Shown: one piece after another, positions 50,953 through 61,100 of the stretch
How positions within the stretch are numbered: position 1 is the first letter of the stretch
Layout: the number at the start of each line of letters is the position of its first letter
NCBI GenBank assembly: GCA_038214755.1
Contig: JBBQRQ010000007.1
Coordinates: forward strand, 6,448 to 70,447
DNA: 64,000 nt
Direction of reading: 5' to 3'
Source of the DNA: Verrucomicrobiota bacterium
GTDB lineage: Bacteria > Verrucomicrobiota > Verrucomicrobiia > Limisphaerales > CANJXF01
Notes under the pieces: generated by a model
Database searches by the model: none
The model's input: the letters and a program-made list of their open reading frames with translations, nothing else
What the model was told of the DNA's origin: nothing
Translations under genes and position numbers: made by a program

Positions 50953-51830
50953 CTAGAAGCCATTTCATAAGTTAAAAATTGTAAGTGCTTTGTACTTGTA
51001 CTTTTACGAAGGATTTGTGAAAAGCTGGGGATGCAAAAAGCATTCTTATCAGATGAGCAATGGAAAAAAATTGAGCCGCATTTGCCGTGCGACAAAAGTC
51101 GCGGACGGCCTTGGGCGGACAACCGCCGTGTCTTCGAAGGGCTATGGTGGATGCTTAAGACCGGCGCACGCTGGTGCGATCTACCCAAAGAATATCCCAG
51201 CCCCAGCACCTGCTGGAGACGCTTGCGCCGCTGGGAAAAGCAAGGCGTCTGGCTCAAAATCTGGCGGCAGTTTTTATCGGAACTGGACCAGCGCGGCAAA
51301 CTCGATTGGAGTGAAAGTTTTCTGGATGGCAGTTTTGCTCCGGCAAAAAAAGGGGCTTTGGCGTCGGCAAAACCAAGCGCGGCAAAGGCACGAAGTGGAT
51401 GGTGGTGGTCGACGGCCAAGGTGTTCCTCTGGGAGTCCAACTGGTCAGCGCCAGCCCGGCGGAAGTGACGCTGGCGGAGAGCACGCTGCAAAAAATTTCG
51501 GTGCCGCAGCGGCGCGGACGCCCGCGCCAGCGGCCTTTGCGCGTGGTGGCCGACCGCGCTTACGACAGCGATGCCTTGCGCTGGCGTTTGCTGCAACGCG
51601 GCATGGTTTTGATCTGTCCGCATCGCAAGAACCGCCGGAAACCCTCGCGCAACGACGGACGAGAACTGCGCCGCTACCGCAAGCGTTGGAAAGTCGAACG
51701 CACCTTCGCCTGGCTGGGCAACTTCCGACGGTTGCTGGTTCGTCACGATCATCATCTGAATATTTATGAAGCGTTTTTCCACCTCGCCTGCCTCATCATC
51801 ACCCTCAGGCACTTATGAAATGGCTTCTAG
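50953..51830 (+). mobile_element. Intact IS5-family (IS427-like) insertion sequence
   Basis: Perfect 20-bp terminal symmetry CTAGAAGCCATTTCATAAGT / ACTTATGAAATGGCTTCTAG, including the CTAG target; two overlapping transposase ORFs. Confidence 0.92.
51031..51818 (+). CDS. IS5 transposase, OrfA/OrfB joined by a -1 frameshift
   Basis: OrfA 'LSDEQW..IEP...GRP..DNR...TGARWCDLP', A7G4 slip site at 51345-51355, OrfB 'ADRAYD' and 'YRKRWKVERTFAWL'. Confidence 0.9.
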
Positions 51831-51904
51831 TCATTCTCAGATGCTATTACTACTCGGTTGACTCTAACTATATCACTCTCCCGCCGAATCTAAAAGAGAC
51901 GGCT

Positions 51905-52153
51905 TTAGGAACTACCCCACTTGATCCAATCGCTCTGATGAATATTCGACTGTTGGATCATTGTCTTGAGTGTTGAGATGGGATAACTCCCATGAGTAAT
52001 ATTCACTTCGACCCGTCTATCTTTCTCCGCACCTTCTCCGTATTTTATCCAGGCCTCATGCGAGCCTTTTAATGGTTTTAAAAATCTGAATCCGTTCTTC
52101 TTCAAAAAGTGCGTAACATCTCGATATGTCCAGTTGCGTAATTTTCTTGTCAT
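51905..52153 (-). CDS. hicA: HicA-like toxin (no adjacent hicB recognised)
   Basis: 'VTHFLKKNGF....KGSHEAW...Y...TLKTMIQQS'. Confidence 0.75.
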   Translation of the reverse strand: MTRKLRNWTYRDVTHFLKKNGFRFLKPLKGSHEAWIKYGEGAEKDRRVEVNITHGSYPISTLKTMIQQSNIHQSDWIKWGSS

Positions 52154-52570
52154 GCCCCCAGAATAATTCTGAGGACCGTTGAAATACAGACGATGGGATT
52201 TGACGACAGCGGCAAGTCTTTTTTAGACGTCAAATGATCTTCCCTCCGAGGCCGTAGGGAAACCATATTCATTCTACTCGCAGCCGAAAGAGCGAAATGT
52301 TAGTCTGACGCACTACTGAAAGAGCATATTCCTTACTGTTGACCTTTTTCCAATTTCTGAGGACGCCACTGCCCTACACCAGAATTTACCTTGTTGCCCT
52401 GCCGTCAATTTTAGCTCGCTAACCGATCCTGCCAACGATTACACAGGGAAGAGACTGGATGATAAAGGTAAAAGATAAAAGAACCGTATTCTTCCAGGCA
52501 CCAGACAGGCGTTTTATCTCTTTCGAGCGCCTGGATGTCAATTCACTTTCGCTGATTATATGCGAGTTGA

Positions 52571-52816
52571 TTACCCTTTCGACTCGCGAGGGTCTGCACT
52601 TCTAGGATAGGTACGCTCTTCTTGGAATCGAGCATTTTCCTTTTGGATTTTTACTGAACCGCCTTCCTGGCCAAGAACTTTCTTAAGCACCCCGCCTTTG
52701 GTCGCGTCCTCTTTGGTCTCGAAGGTTTTAACGACCCGGTTGGTTTTATCATTTCCAAGGTCCCAACGGTCCTTTTTCTCGTTATATTCCAATGTGAATT
52801 TTCGTAAATTTGCCAT
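52571..52816 (-). CDS. DUF2188-family protein
   Basis: 'W....TFETKEDA...GGSVKIQKENARFQEERTYPRSADPRESKG'. Confidence 0.8.
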   Translation of the reverse strand: MANLRKFTLEYNEKKDRWDLGNDKTNRVVKTFETKEDATKGGVLKKVLGQEGGSVKIQKENARFQEERTYPRSADPRESKG

Positions 52817-52964
52817 ATTTTTTTAAGTTAGTTCTTCGGTGGTCGACCGAGCACCGATATTGTTACAATGATATCAGTTATGGCAGGAATGTAAAGCTTG
52901 GTAGAATAGCGTTCTTGCCTTCCGTTCGATAACCCAGCATCTTGGCATGGTTGAGAACTGTCCT

Positions 52965-53444
52965 TTACAAGAGTTGTTCCATCAAGCCGGAAATCGCCCT
53001 AATCAATGGGTGAATCTCTCCCAAGAGGCATTTGAATTCGCCTCTACCGCGCGAGCTCGGTTTGCTAAAGGTGATCCAAAGACCAAAAAACGATTCTTTC
53101 CACTATCGCATCGAACTTAACCTAATCGACAAAAGCTTAGCATTGAAGCCAAGAAACCATTCTTTATCCTAGAAAATTCCGTGCGAGGTGAGGGATGTGA
53201 AAATCAAGAAATCGAACCTGAAATAATCCATGTGGAACGAGGACAGAAAGAGGCAAGGGCCTCTTCTGGTCCCGGATGGTGCGCCATCCGGGACGAAGAT
53301 CGAACATTTCCATTAAAAAGCGGAGAGATAGTTAAGTCAATTTACCACTTCTTTCGAAGCGAATGTTCGTCGCCTAAATTTAAGTTGTCCGAATGGGCCG
53401 ATTTAGGTCATGAAGAAAGCATGACAGAACAAGAAAAAATCTAA
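52965..53444 (+). pseudogene. Frameshifted C-terminal remnant of a third large serine recombinase
   Basis: NQWVNLSQEAFEFASTARARFAKGDPKTKK / ILSTIASNL / LSIEAKKPF...IEPE-x23-DEDRT; the IEPE-to-DEDRT spacing equals that in the intact LSR. Confidence 0.75.
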
Positions 53445-53491
53445 AGTGGGTCGAACTTGCCGGAAGTGATAAGAATCATCACCTGCTCTGT

Positions 53492-53715
53492 TTACAGCAA
53501 TTTTTGAAAGTCTTCCTCAGATACTTCTATTTGTTTCAAAATGAGTTTGAGCAATGAACGTTTTGGATCCTTACCATGCTTTGGCACGCACGTTGTAACC
53601 CCTTTATAGGATGTTTCAAAATAAGGTGACTACCGCGTTGCCTATCCACCACAAAGCCGACTCGTTCGAGAGCTTGAATAATTTTACGTGCCGATAGAGT
53701 CGGCTGGCTGCCAAT
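53492..53715 (-). pseudogene. hicA: Frameshifted hicA
   Basis: PTLSARKIIQALERVGFVVDRQRGSHLILKHPIKG / TTCVPKHGKDPKRSLLKLILKQIEVSEEDFQKLL*; no clear ATG. Confidence 0.8.
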
Positions 53716-53805
53716 TTCAAATATAAAAAATGACCGGTTGCGGACGGGATTTAGATAAAAGCTTGTTGCCAAGCGATCTTTTGGTTAAAAACTGCGGTCG
53801 ACCCA

Positions 53806-56800
53806 ATGGCAGTGATTTGCCCAATCCTTTTCTGCATTTTTGGTGCGGCGCTCGGGGTGGCTCACGCGGAAGCCGCGTTGCGCCCGCCAGTGCATCCGCG
53901 CCGCAACGTGGAGGATTTTCCGGTGGTGCCGGCCAAGTACGTTCGCTTCACAATTCTCAAGGCCACCAGTAGCGAGCCTTGCTTGGATGAACTAGAGATT
54001 TATCCCGAGGAGGACGCAACGCGCAACATTGCGCTGGCCAAGGGCGGCGCGCGGGCGACGGCTTCAGGCTCTTTGCCGGGTTTCCAGATTCACCAACTCG
54101 AATTCGTCAATGACGGAAGATATGGAAACGGCCATAGCTGGATCGCCGATAAAGCCAGTGCCTGGGTCCAAATCGAACTTCCGGAGGTGGCGCTTATCAA
54201 CCGCGTGGTTTGGGGTCGTGACCGCGAGAACAATTTCGTCGACCGCTTGGCGGTGGAGTATGGCATTGAGGTATCTACCAACGGCAGCACTTGGTGCCCC
54301 GTCGCTTCCTCCGCTGACCGGTCGCCGTTGGTCATAGGCGGAACGTTCGCCGGAGTCCAACCCATGACACGGCAAATCGTGACTCGGTTCGCGCCTGTCA
54401 ATAGCAGCTTCTCATTCGAATCGCAGAACAACTCCCCCGATTACAGAATCGACCGCTGGCAGACCGAGGACGGCCTGCCGGGGAATACGGTGACTTCGAT
54501 ACTTCAGACGCGCGACGGGTATCTCTGGATTGGTACGTTTGGCGGGTTGGCGCGGTTTGACGGGGTGCGGTTCAAACGATTTGGCGAGGCGGAGGGACTG
54601 AAGAACAATCGCGTTCTCTGCCTGTGCGAAGATCGGCAGGGCAACCTCTGGGTGGGCAGCGAGGGCGGCGGGCTTTTTCAACTTCGTGACGGTGTGTTTA
54701 CTGAACTGACGACCCGCGACGGTCTGCGGCACGATGTCGTCACGGCGTTGGCGGAGGGCCGGAGCGGCCGCCTTTGGATTGGAACCTACGCTGGCCTACA
54801 GTGCTGGCAGGAAGGACACTTTGTTATGGACCCAGCGGAACCGTTTCAGTCTTCCTTCCCGGTGACGCGGTTGCTCGTGGACCGCGCTGGCACGGTCTGG
54901 ATGGTCGTTAACGGTCAGTTGCGCACGGTGGTGGCCGGGCACGTGGTCACTCCCAAACTGGGGGGTGAACCGAGCGGTCAACTGGCGATCTCCGCGCTGC
55001 ACGAAGGCAAATCAGGGCAGCTCTGGCTCGGCGGCAACAGTGGATATGTGGCGTCGTCTAGCAACGGCGTCCTGAGGGTCTTACCACTGCCGCAGGAAAT
55101 GCCGCCTGACAATATTTGGGAAGTGCTGGAGGCAGGGACTGGCGACATATGGATGGGCACCGCCTCGAGTGGCTTGCGGCGCTGGCGCAACGACCGCGTT
55201 TTGGCGCTCACCACCCAAGAGGGGATGGCTGAGAATTCCGTACGTTGCCTCTTTGAAGATCGGGAAGGAAACCTTTGGGTGGGCACCAATGGCGGGGGAC
55301 TACAGCGGCTCAAGCCGAAAACTCTTCGACTCGTGACCACTCGTGATGGGCTGGCCCACAACGTCGTGATGTCACTCGCCGAAGAGGGTAGTGGGGAGTT
55401 GTGGATTGGTTCTAATTGTGGGGGGCTGAGCGCGCGACGCAAAGGAGTATTCACTCCCGCATACTTGAACTACCTGCTCGACAATGAATGCATTTGGTCG
55501 GTGCTAAGCGCTCGGGACGGTGCGCTGTGGGTGGGCACTTGGAACAACGGACTGTTTCGCAAAACTGGGGAAAAGCTGGAGCAGTTTAAATTGGCCAACT
55601 CCTACAGCGATGAACCAGTGCTGGCGTTATGCGAAGACCGCAACGAAGGAATGTGGGTGGGAACCTACCAGGACGGGCTGAAATTTTTTCGGGACGGCAA
55701 GTTTACCTCGTATCGCATAACAAATGGATTGTCGGCAAATTTCGTTACGGCGTTGGTGCAGGACGTGAAGAGTAGGCTTTGGATTGGGACGGCCGGGGGC
55801 GGACTAAATTGTTTCGCGGACGGCGTGTTCAAAGTCCTGAAGCGCCGAGACGGATTGGGCAGCGATTTCATTCGCGCTCTCCACATTGACGCGAATGGAG
55901 TGCTCTGGATTGGCACAGGCGGAGGCGGAGTGAGCCGGCTAAAGGACGGGGAGTTAAAGACGATCAGCACCCGCCAAGGGCTGCTTGATGATGTTATCTC
56001 GCAAATTCTTGAGGACGACAATGGTCATTTTTGGTTCGGTTCGAATCGTGGCATTTTCTACGTGTCCAAGGCGGAATTAGAGCGGGTAGCCGAGGGACGT
56101 GTAGGCTCACTTAATCCCATCACCTTTGGAAAAGCGGAGGGAATGGAGAATCTCGAATGCACCGGCGGCTTCTGCCCGGCGGGCCTGAAGACACGAGACG
56201 GCAGGTTATGGTTTTCGACAGTCAAGGGACTGGTGACCATTGACCCGAAAAACATTCGCAGCAACGATTTGCCTCCGCCGGTTGTCATCGAGCAGGTCAT
56301 TGTTGACGGGGTTCCCGCAGAAGTTGATGTAAAGAGGCTCACTTCTCAGATCCGAAACTCGAAATTGGAGATTCGAAATCGTCGGGGCATGTATGCATCG
56401 AATAATACGACTTTGAGAATTCACCCCCGGGCAAAACGCGTCGAGTTGCATTATACCGCGCTGAGTTTCACTTCACCGGAGAAGGTGCGGTTTCGCTACC
56501 GACTTGACGGTCTTGATTCGGACTGGGTAGAAGCCGACGGACGACGTATCGCGCAGTATCCATTTCTGCCGCCGGGACCGTACCGGTTCCGCGTTACCGC
56601 CTGCAACGAGGACGGCGTCTGGAGCCAGAGCGAGGCAGTGCTGGCGCTAACCTGCCTGCCGGCTCTCTGGCAGACTTGGTGGGTTCGGCTGCTGGGGGCC
56701 GCGCTAGTGTTGGGCGGAGCTGGTTGGACTGTGAAAGTGGGGGCAACGCACCGGCTGCAGCGTAGGCTCACGCTGCTCCAGCAGCAGCACGCGCTTGAGC

Positions 56801-57432
56801 AGGAACGGACGCGGATTGCCCGGGACATTCACGACGAGCTGGGTGCTTCGCTCACGGAAATTTCTCTGTTGAGCGATCATTGCCGGAAACGCCTCGACCG
56901 GCCTGGAGAAGTGGCGGTCGATTTACAGAGGATTTCCACCACCGCGCGAGAAGCCGTGCAAACTGCGGATGGCATCGTTTGGGCGGTCAATCCCCGAAAT
57001 GATTCGCTTGATCACCTAGCCAACTACCTCGTCCACTTTGCCGAGGACTTCTTCCGGCTGACAAACATTCGGTGTCGTTTGGATGTGCCAGCCGACTGGC
57101 CGCAAATTCCCCTACCTATGCAACATCGGCACCATTTGCTATTGGCGGTTAAGGAGGCTTGCAATAATGTCGCACGCCATTCTGAGGCGTCTGAAGTGTG
57201 GCTGCGCATGACGCTGACAGACCAGGAATTCAGCATCGAGGTTCGAGATAACGGTCAGGGGTTCCGACCTGAATCAAAACCGGAAGATAGTGACGGTTTA
57301 ATCAATATGCGTGAGCGCATGGCAGATCTGGGTGGGCGATTGGAACTATCCAGCGAAGCAGGTCGGGGAACGTCGGTGAAGTTGATTGCGCCACTGAACC
57401 AACTCAACTCATTCACATGTCCATCCGTGTAA
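53806..57432 (+). CDS. Sensor histidine kinase: discoidin-like + Reg_prop beta-propellers + Y_Y_Y + HisKA_3 + HATPase
   Basis: Repeated 'GL..N.V..L.ED..G.LW(I/V)GT', 'FRYRLDGLD..W', a TM helix, 'ERTRIARDIHDELG' and 'DNGQGF...GL.NMRER'. Confidence 0.93.
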   Translation: MAVICPILFCIFGAALGVAHAEAALRPPVHPRRNVEDFPVVPAKYVRFTILKATSSEPCLDELEIYPEEDATRNIALAKGGARATASGSLPGFQIHQLEFVNDGRYGNGHSWIADKASAWVQIELPEVALINRVVWGRDRENNFVDRLAVEYGIEVSTNGSTWCPVASSADRSPLVIGGTFAGVQPMTRQIVTRFAPVNSSFSFESQNNSPDYRIDRWQTEDGLPGNTVTSILQTRDGYLWIGTFGGLARFDGVRFKRFGEAEGLKNNRVLCLCEDRQGNLWVGSEGGGLFQLRDGVFTELTTRDGLRHDVVTALAEGRSGRLWIGTYAGLQCWQEGHFVMDPAEPFQSSFPVTRLLVDRAGTVWMVVNGQLRTVVAGHVVTPKLGGEPSGQLAISALHEGKSGQLWLGGNSGYVASSSNGVLRVLPLPQEMPPDNIWEVLEAGTGDIWMGTASSGLRRWRNDRVLALTTQEGMAENSVRCLFEDREGNLWVGTNGGGLQRLKPKTLRLVTTRDGLAHNVVMSLAEEGSGELWIGSNCGGLSARRKGVFTPAYLNYLLDNECIWSVLSARDGALWVGTWNNGLFRKTGEKLEQFKLANSYSDEPVLALCEDRNEGMWVGTYQDGLKFFRDGKFTSYRITNGLSANFVTALVQDVKSRLWIGTAGGGLNCFADGVFKVLKRRDGLGSDFIRALHIDANGVLWIGTGGGGVSRLKDGELKTISTRQGLLDDVISQILEDDNGHFWFGSNRGIFYVSKAELERVAEGRVGSLNPITFGKAEGMENLECTGGFCPAGLKTRDGRLWFSTVKGLVTIDPKNIRSNDLPPPVVIEQVIVDGVPAEVDVKRLTSQIRNSKLEIRNRRGMYASNNTTLRIHPRAKRVELHYTALSFTSPEKVRFRYRLDGLDSDWVEADGRRIAQYPFLPPGPYRFRVTACNEDGVWSQSEAVLALTCLPALWQTWWVRLLGAALVLGGAGWTVKVGATHRLQRRLTLLQQQHALEQERTRIARDIHDELGASLTEISLLSDHCRKRLDRPGEVAVDLQRISTTAREAVQTADGIVWAVNPRNDSLDHLANYLVHFAEDFFRLTNIRCRLDVPADWPQIPLPMQHRHHLLLAVKEACNNVARHSEASEVWLRMTLTDQEFSIEVRDNGQGFRPESKPEDSDGLINMRERMADLGGRLELSSEAGRGTSVKLIAPLNQLNSFTCPSV

Positions 57433-58037
57433 CTATCGTCGAAGATGAAGCTCGCGTGCGGGCCCAGTTGGCGAGAATAATCACCGAAGCCCAGGGGTTC
57501 AGTTGTCAGGGCATCTTCGGTTCAGCCGAGCAGGGTTTGCAAGAGATTCCGCGTCAACCGCCTGACGTGGTGTTGATGGACATCAACCTGCCGAAAATGT
57601 CTGGTGTCGAATGCACTTTTCGACTCAAGAAATTGGTGCCGCAAGTGCAAATTGTCATGCTCACGGTCTATGACGACAGCGAGCAGATTTTCAAAGCGCT
57701 GGAAATGGGCGCGAGCGGCTATCTGCTCAAGCGAACGCCGCCGGATGAAATTCTGAAGGCGGTAATGGAGGTGCATCGTGGCGGTGCGCCGATGTCAAGT
57801 TACATCGCACGCCAAGTGGTTCAATCGTTTGGGAAGCGAACCGCCCCCGACACGCCGAATCTTTCCCCGCGTGAAGCGGAAGTTCTGGCGCTGGTTGCCA
57901 AAGGATACATCAATAAAGAAATCGCTGACCAGCTGGGCGTGGGTCTGGAAACCGTCCGATCCTATTTGAAGAGCACCTACGACAAGCTCCATGTCCGTTC
58001 ACGGACCGAAGCGGCCATGAAATTCTTTCAACGGTAA
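57417..58037 (+). CDS. NarL/LuxR-family response regulator
   Basis: 'IVEDE', 'LMDINLP', 'GYLLK' and 'LSPREAEVL...KEIA'. Confidence 0.95.
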   Translation: MSIRVTIVEDEARVRAQLARIITEAQGFSCQGIFGSAEQGLQEIPRQPPDVVLMDINLPKMSGVECTFRLKKLVPQVQIVMLTVYDDSEQIFKALEMGASGYLLKRTPPDEILKAVMEVHRGGAPMSSYIARQVVQSFGKRTAPDTPNLSPREAEVLALVAKGYINKEIADQLGVGLETVRSYLKSTYDKLHVRSRTEAAMKFFQR

Positions 58038-58090
58038 CTCACACCACGAGGGGTTTAAGTTCAAAAGGCGGATGACGATTCTAAAACAAG

Positions 58091-58104
58091 CCCCCGTACG
58101 GGGG
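58091..58104. promoter_or_regulatory. Perfect palindrome, candidate response-regulator binding site
   Basis: CCCCCGTACGGGGG, 35 bp upstream of ATG 58140. Confidence 0.45.
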
Positions 58105-58139
58105 ATTCCAGACGAGTGAATCCAGATTACTGTTCATAC

Positions 58140-61100
58140 ATGAGAAAACATTCAATCCCTGGTCAGGGAGTGCTGACTATGGTACTCGCGACGATGGGAA
58201 TCAGCATGGTGGCTTCGATGCGACACAATTCGGCGCAGGCGCAACTTCTCATCGCTCCCAGTATCGTTTCTTTTACCTCTTACTTCGGCACGCGTTCGCC
58301 CGTGAATTTGGTTAATGGGTCGGGCCTCACCCTCGGGCCATCGGGAATCCTGGGTGATTCTGATTCGACGCACGGCTCTGATGTTGATGGGACGATGTGG
58401 TATTCGAATCCGTATATTGCCCCGCCCGACACGAGCCCAATTGTCACCTTCGACCTGGGAGGGGTTTACGACCTGCAAACGACACGCCTCTGGCAATATA
58501 ATCAACCTGGTGGCTTCACCGTGTACGGGGCCAAGAACATCGAGGTGTCCATCTCAGCCGACAACACAAATTTTACCGTGCTAAGCACGATTACGCCAGC
58601 GAGAGCAGGCGGAACCAATGGTGAACCCGCACAGGATTTCACCACGGCCGCCACGGGAGTTCAATACGTTCGGCTCCACATTCTTGACACTTTCGGTGGC
58701 GTTCAACCATCCGGGCTTTCTGAGGTTCGGTTTGTCGCGTCTCCGGGGCACGGTGGGGTGACGCTGTTTACAAATGCGTCCACGGTGCAGCTTGCCAATG
58801 ACCTCCAGAAAGTCTCTTTCGATAAGAGTTCGGACGGCAAGTTTCATATTACGACTTCAGTGTGGGATGGTTCAAGTTGGCGCTCATTCTTTGATGGAGC
58901 GCACCCTTTGATGGAAGGATCAAAATTTAACTTGGAGCCAACCACCTATTCCGTTCTCACAAACACAACCACGAAGAAATCTGTGCGTTTTCAGGGATCC
59001 CACACAAGCCCCACATATTCATTTGATATTGAGGTAGAAGTTCAGTCCGGCACCGATTTGGTTAAATTTCAGATTGCGAGCCATTTTCCGAGTGCCGTGT
59101 CACTGCCGAGTCCGCAGCCGACCGTCGGCCTGTGGATGAATCGTCCATCCGCCCAATTGGTTATGCACCAAGGCCCGCCCAGCGCGACGCGCGGGGCCTT
59201 TGCGGTTGATTTCAATTTTGGTTTCCCCGCCGCCTACTTATGGGATCAAAACCAGGAGGCGGCCATCTTTTTTGATATGACTCCTGCGACGTGGATGGCT
59301 GGAAATGGGGTAAGGCGGTTTTTTGATGTACAAATAAAAACCTTCGGTAACGGAACCCAGACCGGTTTGGGGATGTATCCTTATCATTTGTCCGGCAACA
59401 CCCTGCGCTCGGGAGAGATGTTGGTTAATTTCTATTTGTATGCGTCTTGGCGACCGCAAGGGCCGGCAAGGTTGTCCGATATGCTCGACAAGATGCTCGA
59501 AGTCTTCCAGCCCCTTCACCCTTGGACACCCACTTTTCCAACCAATTTTCTGGATGCCAGCGAGGTCAGTTGGAGAACCACCGCGGAGCGAACCATTACC
59601 GACCTAATGCTGCAGAACGTAACTTATGGCCATCGCACCAATGAACCCTATACCGATTCTCCGCTGCCGTTGGTTTCACTCCCCACCGAAATGATTGTTC
59701 ACCCCTCCTTCGTAGTGAGCAATTCGGCTGCTGCCCTTAATCAGTGGATTTTTCGACAGTCAATCATCATCTGGCCCCTTCGGTTCTCTACACGCGGCTG
59801 CACGATTCGCCCCAGGCCCAACACTTCGTGCAGCTCAAGAAGGACGCACTGCCCCGTTTCTATGATTCAAATTCTCGGCAAATCACAAGCGGCACCCAGC
59901 AACCCTCCCATGTCTTCGGGCTGGAGATTTCCTGGCAGACGCTCGTCTTTTATCAGGAAATGCTCGCCGTCATGGACTCGTTGGCAAAGGAGGATTTCAA
60001 CCCGGCTATTGGGGGTCGCTTCCTGATGGGGCTGGAAGGGCTGATCAATTATGCCCATCAGGTCAACTATGTCTTTTCAGTTTACTATGATCCGTTCACC
60101 AAAGTGCCGATGAACTTCGTAGAAAACCCGGGGCTGGGTGCCATCCGTGAGCCGTGGTCGGTCGGCTCCTATAGTTATGTAATGCTCGGTGGGTATGATT
60201 TGACGGGAGACCAGCAATATCTGGATGAAGCGCGTGCCGCCATGGACACGCTGATGACCAACATGACCTACACGGAATCCAACAGCTATTACACCGCCAC
60301 CTATTCCAACCCGATGGAAATGCCGATCATGGAATTGATGGGCAACAGTTATGGGGCAATTGCGGCCCAAAAGTTGTATCGTCTGACCAACGATCCCAAA
60401 TATCTGACTTATCAGCGGGATTTTCTCAATGTGTTTCTGAGGATGACCTCTTGGTTCGAAGATCAAACTGATCCGGTCAGTCGTGATCTTCATAACCTTG
60501 GGCTGTTTTATCCATTTGTTGGAGCGCCAACCCCCACCTCGTGGGAGACAGCGGAGGCTAACCTATGCCTGGCTTGGTTACTCAAATATAACCGCACCAA
60601 TGTTCGCGCGCCGCTACTTGCCAGATTGAGCAATTTGAACCGGATCAATTCATTTTACTTTTACCCGTTCACATTTACCCCTACCGTGCGCAACCTCCAT
60701 CCCGGTTTGCGTCAGGATGTCGGTCAATATTTTCCCACTGAAAATATGTATATGTTGGAATTTCCGCAAGGTTCAGGCGGCTCTCCGGCGCAGACGGCGA
60801 TCTATATGTCGGGACTTTCATTATGGAACAGTTGGCTCTACGAAGAGTTGGCAAGCGCCGCCAACCGCGATGTGCTCGTGCTTAATCTGGCGAGCCTCGA
60901 TGGTTATGAAGAATCGCTCCGCTCGGCACGCCGTGAATTTCTGGTTTGCAATCCTACTGACACCACAATTAGCACCACGATAACCAACCAGGCGCTTGAT
61001 CCCGGCGTCTATCAGGTCACGGTGACGGATCCCGGAGGCACCGTGCTCTCCAGCACCAATTATACACAAGGCCAATTGGTGGCGGGCCATTCCATCACTC

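Noticed and set aside
50943-51812. 289-aa antisense ORF and 259-aa alternative-frame ORF (50990-51769) in the IS5
   Set aside because: They overlap the transposase completely and show no recognisable motifs; these are typical shadow ORFs.
52150-52266. 38-aa minus-strand ORF overlapping the orphan hicA start (ATGA) as its antitoxin
   Set aside because: Too short and no HicB motif; it cannot be supported.
49610-53305. Three 15-bp repeats as a CRISPR array
   Set aside because: Spacing is 1.2 and 2.5 kb, the repeats lie in coding remnants, and no cas genes are present.
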